The position numbers were made by a program, and so were the translations under genes. Below the pieces are notes generated by a model. That model had not been told where the DNA came from and did no database searches. It saw nothing but the letters and a program-made list of their open reading frames with translations. From Octopus bimaculoides (taxonomy: Eukaryota), in the NCBI RefSeq assembly GCF_001194135.2, contig NC_068982.1, positions 52,990,189-53,033,334 on the forward strand: DNA of 43,146 bases. The letters are read 5' to 3'. Below are positions 35,069 through 43,146 of this stretch, piece by piece (within the stretch, counting starts at the first letter, position 1; each line of letters begins with the position of its first letter).

Positions 35069-35123
35069 CACACATATATATACACATATATATACATATA
35101 TATGCGTATATATAAATTATAAA

Positions 35124-35380
35124 GAGTGGCTGTGTGGTAAGTAGCTTGCTTATGAACCACATGGTTCCTGGTTCAGTCCCACTGCATGGCACCTTGGGTA
35201 AGTGTCTTCTACTATAGCTTCGGGCCGACCAAAGCCTTGTGAGTGGATTTGGTAGACGGAAACTGAAAGAAGCCCGTCGTATATATGTATATATGTATAA
35301 ATATTTATGTGTGTGTGTGTATATGTTTGTGCGTCTGTGTTTGTCCCCCCACCAACATCGCTTGACAACCGATGCTGGTT
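35124..35380 (+). mobile_element. SINE family B, 3'-truncated
   Basis: Head and core intact; ends at ACAACCGATGCTGG, where the Penelope-like fragment begins. Confidence 0.9.
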
Positions 35381-36169
35381 TCTGTAACTCTTCAATAGAC
35401 ATAACTTAAAAATCAGTTTCAGCTCAACTCCTGATTTTAAAAATATAATCGCACTCAACACACAAAAACCACAAAATGAAACCAGCTGTTCATGCAGGGA
35501 TAAAAATTTGTGCCCGCTAAATGAAGCTTGCATGTCCGAGACCATCATTTATGAAGCCACCGTAGACTCTACAAACAATAAGGACACAATTTCGACAAAG
35601 AAATATGTGGGCCTTACAGAGGGGAATTTCAAGGCCAGGTTCAACAATCACATCTTGAGCTTCAGGCACTGGGATAAAAGGAAAATGACCAAATTATCCA
35701 GTCACATATGGTCCTTAAAAGATAAAGGTATCAGTTACAACATCCATTGGAAGATCTTAGCCAAGTGTAAGCCTTACACCAACGGCAGTGGAAAGTGCTG
35801 TCTTTGTGATATGGAAAGATGGCTCATCTGGAAAAGCAGCGTAGACCCGCTATATGTCGAAATTCAAGAACTGAACTTTTTGGATCATGTCCACATGTGG
35901 CTAAACATTTGTTACGTTTTTGGTCCCCCCCCTCCAGATCACAGATAGAACTTGCTTTTTATATTGTGTCCACGTACAAAGCTTTTTATCTCTCTACACT
36001 TTTATACATATTTCTTATATATTATTTTACATTTTTTTTTTACATATTTATAGAGATATATTTTTATATTTTTATTGCCTTTATATTTTTAAACATTTTT
36101 TTCTATATTTTACCTTTCACTCTGCATTTTTCTTGTGCATGTGTGTATAGAGACGTGTATATGAACTTT

Positions 36170-36170
36170 T

Positions 36171-36238
<68 letters not shown>

Positions 36239-36830
36239 ATATGTATATATGTACAGGTATATGTACAAGTGTATGGTTGCATATATACGTGAGTGTACAT
36301 GCGAGTGTTCCACGCGAGTGTGAGTGAGCATATGCATATATAGCATGCACGTATTTTAGCCGTGCATTTGAATATATCTATGCGCCCACGGGTATGTGCA
36401 CGTGTTTGTGTGTGCGCGCGTATACAGATATACATATGTGTACATCGTGCATGTGTTTGTGTGTGTGGGTATGTATATATGTACATGTATATGTACATGT
36501 GTATGGTTGCATATATACGTGGGGGTACATGGATGTGTTTCACGCGAGTGTGAGCGAGCATATAGCATGTGCGTATTTTTAGACGTGTATTTGAATATAA
36601 CTGTGCGCGAATGGGTATATGCACGTGTGTGTGTGTGTGTATATGCGCACGTGTGTGTGGATATGTATACGTGTACATGCATGGTTGCATATATATGTGC
36701 ATCTTTTGGCGTATGTGTGGGTGCGCATGTGTGTGTTTCATGCGAGTGTCAGTGAACATATGCATATAGGCACATGTTCGTGGGTGAGCGTGCGCGCATG
36801 TGTATGGATGTACATGTGCGCATACGCGAT
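36170..36830. repeat. Compound RY-alternating microsatellite with higher-order repeats
   Basis: (GT)n followed by degenerate units; ATGGTTGCATATATA recurs at about 36273, 36503 and 36681. Confidence 0.9.
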
Positions 36831-36984
36831 TGCTATGAGCATTTTTACTCCTTTACTTTTTACTTCCTCCCCGTCGGTATTTTCCCTTATTTAACGGTCA
36901 TTCTAATAGCTCTTTTGTCTTAGTAATGGTCAATTACATAGTAATTTCCCTTTGTTTAACGGTCATTTTCATAGCATATTTTGA

Positions 36985-37059
36985 TTGCCTCGATAACTGA
37001 AGAGATGCCGGTGCAGGTTTCTGCCCCAACATCCGAAACTCGGAGCTTTTTTATGGCAA
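36985..37059 (+). ncRNA. Hammerhead-ribozyme-like motif (type I, degenerate)
   Basis: CTGAAGA (36997-37003), stem II GATG..CATC enclosing GCAG-GTTT-CTGC, GAAA (37035-37038), CTCGGAG, and stem I TTGCC..ATAA / TTAT..GGCAA. The cleavage triplet is not canonical. Confidence 0.45.
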
Positions 37060-37171
37060 CCGAATAATTGTCACATATTATATTACAGATAAATTCCTCT
37101 ATTTACATAATATCGACGTCGCTTTCTTCTTTTGTTGTATTACCATTACTATTAATATATATATATAGATA

Positions 37172-38153
37172 TAGGGGTTGGGTAAAATAATGTAAACACC
37201 TTAAAATTTCAAACAAATTTATTTTAATATGGGGTAGGACTGCCTTTGGCAGTAATTACAGCTTGAATTCTATAAGGTATGAACTCGTACAAAGTTTGAA
37301 TTGTTTCCAAAGGAATTTTTGTCCATTCTTCCGCTAAAACAATCTCCAGTTCTTGTAGTGATGATGGTGGAGGATATCGACTCCTTATTTGTTTTTCTAA
37401 AATGCCCATAAATGTTCAATAATACTGAGATCAGAGGACTGTGGTGACCAGATAAGATGTTCAACTTCACTAGAATGTCCCTCGTGCCATTCAGTAACAA
37501 CTTTACCTGTATGAATTGGCGCATTATCATTCTGAAAGACTGCGATTCCCTCCGGAAACATTTCCGCAATCATAGGATGAATTTGATCAGATAAAATGCT
37601 TAAATAGTCTTGACTCTTAATTCTGCCATGAAGGGAAAACATTGCGCCGGCAGATTTCCAGGATATAGCCCCCACCCCCCGATCATCACAGATCCTCCTC
37701 CATGTTTAACAGTTGGGAGAAGGCAGTCTGGGTCAAATGCTTTGGTTGGCTGTCTCCACACTTATACCCGGTCGGTGGTCGGAAATAAGGTAAAGAATGA
37801 CTCGTCCTAGAGAATAACATTCTTCCACTGCTCTAAGGACCAATTCTGTAGGTTTTCACTCCGCTCTAAATGCTTTGCAACGTATGTTTTTTGAAAGTAG
37901 TGGTTTTTTGACTGCAGCCCTCCCGTGAAATCCGACTTTGTGCAGATCCCGCAGAACAGTTTTTGTGGAAACTGGGTTCTCGAGGTGGTCATTAAGCTCT
38001 GCAGTAATTTTGGAAGCTGTACTTTTGTGATCCTTTCTAACAATTCGCGTAAGAGTCCGACGGTCCCTATCTGAAAGTTTTGGTTTTCTTCCGGAGTTTT
38101 GTTTTGATGAGAAGGTTTTTCCCTCTTTCTCAAAGGCTGTCATTACTTTCGAG
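37172..38153 (-). mobile_element. Tc1-like (DD34E-type) transposon relic
   Basis: TIR (C/T)AGGGGTTGGGTAAAATAATGTAAACACC in a (TA)n run; SGRKPKLSDRDRR, KKPLL, WKNVI..DES, TVKHGGGSVMI, FQNDNAPIH, WSPQSSDLSIIEHLW. Confidence 0.94.
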
Positions 38154-38928
38154 NNNNNNNNNNNNNNNNNNNNNNNNNNNNNNNNNNNNNNNNNNNNNNN
38201 NNNNNNNNNNNNNNNNNNNNNNNNNNNNNNNNNNNNNNNNNNNNNNNNNNNNNNNNNNNNNNNNNNNNNNNNNNNNNNNNNNNNNNNNNNNNNNNNNNNN
38301 NNNNNNNNNNNNNNNNNNNNNNNNNNNNNNNNNNNNNNNNNNNNNNNNNNNNNNNNNNNNNNNNNNNNNNNNNNNNNNNNNNNNNNNNNNNNNNNNNNNN
38401 NNNNNNNNNNNNNNNNNNNNNNNNNNNNNNNNNNNNNNNNNNNNNNNNNNNNNNNNNNNNNNNNNNNNNNNNNNNNNNNNNNNNNNNNNNNNNNNNNNNN
38501 NNNNNNNNNNNNNNNNNNNNNNNNNNNNNNNNNNNNNNNNNNNNNNNNNNNNNNNNNNNNNNNNNNNNNNNNNNNNNNNNNNNNNNNNNNNNNNNNNNNN
38601 NNNNNNNNNNNNNNNNNNNNNNNNNNNNNNNNNNNNNNNNNNNNNNNNNNNNNNNNNNNNNNNNNNNNNNNNNNNNNNNNNNNNNNNNNNNNNNNNNNNN
38701 NNNNNNNNNNNNNNNNNNNNNNNNNNNNNNNNNNNNNNNNNNNNNNNNNNNNNNNNNNNNNNNNNNNNNNNNNNNNNNNNNNNNNNNNNNNNNNNNNNNN
38801 NNNNNNNNNNNNNNNNNNNNNNNNNNNNNNNNNNNNNNNNNNNNNNNNNNNNNNNNNNNNNNNNNNNNNNNNNNNNNNNNNNNNNNNNNNNNNNNNNNNN
38901 NNNNNNNNNNNNNNNNNNNNNNNNNNNN

Positions 38929-38971
<43 letters not shown>

Positions 38972-39302
38972 ATAGATTCATTAATTTTTACTTTGTAGGA
39001 GTTGGCGATTGACTAAAAATAAATATGTATTTTTCCAAAAGTATTTCTTCATTCTGTTGTGTCTGGGGAGAGTCAGTCTCTTTTAGTGGCTTATGATTTA
39101 ACATCAGTACTAAATAGGAAATATACGTAGTAGATAATCACACCCCCATACCCACAATTGATATTTATATACAGGTAGAATAGTTAGTGGGCTGGTATGC
39201 AGATAGATGTTTGTATGTGTGCGTATATGTGTATGCACATGAAAAACAATTAAACTGTGGAAAAATGAAATGAAATGTTTTTTCAATATATTTCAATATA
39301 TT

Positions 39303-39522
39303 TCCGGTGTGCTAACGTTTCTGCCAGCTCCCAAAAATTTCCGGGGAGGGGGCCAGTCGATTAGATCGACTCCAGTACGTAACTGGTACTTAATTTATCG
39401 ACTCCGAAAGGATGAAAGGCAAAGTCGAATTCGGCGAAGTTTGAACTCAGAACGTAAAGACAGACGAAATGCCGCAAAGCATTTCGCCCAGAATTCTAAC
39501 GTTTCTGCCAGCTCGCCGCCTT
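39303..39522 (-). mobile_element. SINE family A (near full length, plus a second head fragment)
   Basis: Reverse complement GGCGGCGAGCTGGCAGAAACGTTAG..GAGTTCAAAC..GTCGATCTAATCGACT; extra head at 39303-39330. Confidence 0.9.
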
Positions 39523-39689
39523 TTCATATCAATAGATATTCTCTTAATCATCTTTACGCTGTTGTGTCTCTTTCTTTCTGGTATTTATTTGTTCTGTTCA
39601 ATTTCTCTTTATTTTAAGGGATGTGTGATGTGGTACAAAAGTGCTATTCTCGTCACCTCACATCACACGGCCTTTGCAACTGCTTTTGG

Positions 39690-40420
39690 TGTTCTCTAAC
39701 GAAAAGACTGCTGTAGGAGTTGTTCAATGAATGAGCAATGCAATTACAAAAGACACAAGATCGAAAAGAACGTATACATGAAATAATGGAACGTATGTTT
39801 AGAGAAGTTGCATCGAGATTATTTTCCCATCGCTCCTTGTGCTTGCATAATAGTGGTGAAGAATTATCAAAGAATCTGAAGAATTATTTTGATGATGATT
39901 ATTTTGATGTTGGGCGAACGTGATTTGTCCTGAATGCCAAGCATATTTGTCGACGGCAGAGTGTACATGTGGCTCATTTATAAAATCTAAAGTCTCAGTT
40001 TGATTGAGTAAATGAGAAATTGAAGATATCTTAAATTTTAGGAATTGCAACGAAATAAATTCCCTTCCAACTAGCCCTGAATTGCACCAAAATAAATATT
40101 CGAGGTTATAACATTAGATTTCTCTTCATTAGAGCAAACTCTGTCAGGAATTGGTTTCAAATTGAAAGTGAAACTGTTGGAGACACCAATGCTAAATTTA
40201 AAAGATGAACCGCATGGTATCTGATGATGAACTTGATAGAAAAATGAATGATGCCTGTGAATTTAGAAACCTAGAGATCTATCATTTCAATATTTCTCTG
40301 AAGTAGAAGAAGAATTTCACTAACCTATTTACATGAGTATACGACCAAAAGGGACATTGTAACAGAAAGTGAAGACTACGATTGCCAATAATTAAACTAA
40401 CCCTATACCCTTACACAGTT
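39690..40420 (+). pseudogene. Degenerate coding-like relic of unknown origin
   Basis: Successive short open stretches with protein-like composition, including ICPECQAYLSTAECTCG. No family recognised. Confidence 0.25.
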
Positions 40421-40894
40421 ATAGCTTTCAGTTCGAGTGCTTTTCCCAATGACAGTCAATCAATGACAGCCAATTGAATAAAATATCAGGTACACATTTG
40501 GATTTTATCAGATTTTTGATTTTATATTGAATAAAATAAATCTGTTCTTCTCAACTGATCTATATAAATGTGGACAAAAGTATGGTTGCTCTGACGACGG
40601 TGCTGTATGCATACATTCCGAAAACATTACCAACATCGTGTACGCTGACGTTTTCTTGTGATATAACTGTCATTTTCTTTTTTAAGTTTTAATGTTATCC
40701 AAATACTTAATTCAGTTAAATGTTTATACGCATGTTTTATTAATTTTTTTATCAATTTTATTTTTGTAACTTGCCATCATCAGAAATGATAACAAGGAGG
40801 ACAACTGCTGCTGAGAAAAGCGAGTGAGGACTTTATCTCCGATAGAAAGCAACTCCTTCCGTATAGGAAGACTTCAAATAACTCAAAACGGAAA

Positions 40895-41215
40895 AGAACA
40901 TACATACATACAAACAAACAAACATACATACAAAGATACGTACCTACATTCATACATATATACATACATACAAACATAATACATACATACATACACACAT
41001 ATTTACATACATACACACAAATATATATATATGCAAATATATGTCTATATATACATGCTAATACATATACGTACATAGGTACAGTACATATATATGTGTG
41101 TGTGTGTGTGTATTTATGTATATATATATATATTTATATATATATATATATACATACACATACACACGCATACGTACACACATATACACACATATATGCA
41201 TAAGTACATATGAGC
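40895..41215. repeat. (TACA)n/(TA)n compound microsatellite
   Basis: Low-complexity tract. Confidence 0.93.
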
Positions 41216-41505
41216 ATAATGCTGGTGGTCAGTGGCCGTCGTAACTTGTTAGATTAATTCCCCTTGATGACCCATTACCGTTTAATTATTTACACGAGTT
41301 CAAGTAGAATTCATCTACAATTCTGTTATCTGTCAGTCAAACAGAGGTTAGCCTAGTGACATACGAAACAAGTTTTCCGCTCAGGTATTTAGGCTTTGCG
41401 ATCTAACATGTGTTTTTGCCTTTGATCATTCTTGCTAAAGTACGGAAGATACACGAATGGTTTCAAGCTTTTCTGTCTTCCTTTTTCTTTATCTTTTCAT
41501 TTTAG

Positions 41506-41512
41506 TGTAGCG
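41506..41512 (+). other. Candidate 7-nt microexon
   Basis: About 35-nt pyrimidine tract and TTTAG, then TGTAGCG, then G|GTGAGT. Confidence 0.4.
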
Positions 41513-42929
41513 GTGAGTTGTCGTGTTTATATAAGTAAAGGTGGCATACTAGCTTAATTAAGATATAATGTTTATCAAACAATTGATAAATAAAAGCTGT
41601 CGAACGAAGCCTTTAGTTCTTAACATACTAGGATTAAGTGATTTATTTGTAGCCAAATTGTTAAACTAAACCAGTCCCAACCGACATTATTAACTTAGGA
41701 ATGAAGACTTGTGAACTAACGATAACAGACTTAATTAATAAAACCTAAAGCTAAACAGCCCGTTTGTCGAAATCTTTTGATCAAGTCACTTAACATTTTA
41801 GCTTTACTATTTAAGTGAAATCTCATTCCCTACAAGTCAGCCGTGGTTATTTATCTTGATTGCGACTTAATTTCCTCCCAGTTGTGCGCTTAAGGCACAT
41901 TGAGTTAGATATTCATTGATTGCACTTTTCGTTTAAACAATTGGTATTGCATCTGCGCATAAACGAAATCAGTATTGTAAACATAAAATTTAAGATATTT
42001 GAAATACTTAAGCTGCACACATGCACACAAATACACACACACACACATCTCCACACACATACACTTATCTTACGGGTACATATGCACAAGCATAGACAAA
42101 AATACACATCTCCACTCTACAAGAAAGATGAAATCGCTGAAATAATTCTCTCTTTAGCCATCGACTTTAGAAAACTCTTAACACGTAAACTCTCTAACAC
42201 GTAAACAATGCATTTGACCGTTTCCTCAAACACGAATCCCTCTCTCTGAACGTAGTACCAATTATTAACAGGTCTTTAAATACTCTTTAAGGTGGCAATT
42301 TGGCTGGATCGTTGTTGCCCAGTTCGAATCTATTTATGCTGTGGCCTGCTGTCAATAAATAAACGCTGTAGGGGCCAGTACGTTGCTTTGTCTAGAAATC
42401 TCACACGACTAACAGTCCAATTCTGATCTATTTAAGCTTTGACTTGATGTCAACAAATAATATAGGACTAGGTGTATTAACTTGCCTGGGGCCTCAGAAG
42501 TCTAGGGGCCCAATTCCAATTTATTTATGCTGCAGCTTGCTGTCAATAAATACTGTACGCCCCAGTGTACTTATTTGGCCGGAGGGAGGGCTTACATGTC
42601 TATGGACCGAATTCTAATCTAATAGTACTTTGTTTGTGAAGCATCGGTTTTAGATTTTTCTCTTTGATATCAATCCTACGTAGATATAAATCAAAAGTTG
42701 TATAGGTCAGAAACGAGTACCCGAAACCATTTTTTCGTTATGACTCTACTCGCCTTCCGCAAAAGCAAAGCTTTAAACATTGGAACGAAGTAAAGAAAAC
42801 TGTCTACAATATTTGAGAGAAATCAGCCATCAGCACCAACTCGCTTTCATCCGTCATTGTGACATATGCAATATAACTCTCGAAAAAGGTTTACGTGAAA
42901 CTCCCTAGCTTCATAAGTTGTAGTAGGCA

Positions 42930-43146
42930 TTCTTTCATTTATTTCAGTCATGAGACTACAGCTATGCTAGAGCACCGGTTGGAAGAATTTTTAGTCGAAT
43001 TAATCAACCTCGGTACATATTTTTTTTAAGGCCTGGATATTTTATCGGCCTTATTCTTTTGTCGAACCGCTACGTTACGGGGACATAAACACACCAACAA
43101 ACGTTGTCAAGCGGTGGTGGGGGCCAACACACACACACATACACAC
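42930..43146 (-). mobile_element. SINE family B, old copy running off the window
   Basis: TTTCAGTCAT..GAACCGCTACGTTACGGGGACATAAACACACCA..GTTGTCAAGCG. Confidence 0.82.

Larger units (their letters stand above)
35388..37152 (+). mobile_element. Penelope-like element 3' fragment (GIY-YIG endonuclease; the 3' UTR/pLTR extent is inferred)
   Basis: FNRHNLKISFS..CSCRDKNLCPLNEAC..IIYEATV..KYVGLTEGNFKARFNNH..LSSHIWSLK..CCLCDME, frameshift near 35860, then NSRTEL..CPH..HLL. Confidence 0.8.

Noticed and set aside
35819-36894. Many His/Thr/Val/Cys-rich ORFs
   Set aside because: These are microsatellite translations; only the first ~30 codons of 35819-36292 after the frameshift belong to the PLE endonuclease.

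Overview
Eukaryotic, AT-rich, repeat-dense draft-assembly sequence with 8 N-gaps and abundant (CA)n/(TA)n/(TAA)n/(TCTA)n microsatellites. The SINE repertoire resembles octopus repeats as I recall them (inference, not a database result). Most of the window is decayed mobile DNA: three restriction-like-endonuclease (R4/Dong-type) non-LTR retrotransposon fragments, two Penelope-like elements, an internally deleted Gypsy (Mag-like) LTR element, a probable solo LTR, two mariner, two Tc1-like and two pogo/Tigger relics, and about 20 tRNA-headed SINE copies of at least 4 architectures. No intact long CDS, rRNA, tRNA gene or CRISPR array is supported. Host-gene evidence is limited to short candidate + strand exons (6845-7027, 11131-11160, 18678-18860, and a 7-nt microexon at 41506). 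I cannot establish a new biological system here. The best leads are: microsatellite-targeting RLE families with different targets ((TAA)n versus (TATG)n), a TATA box flipped between the two LTRs of one element, a hammerhead-like motif downstream of a Penelope endonuclease, a 26-bp perfect pre-miRNA-sized hairpin, and two unrelated-looking exons behind homologous splice acceptors.
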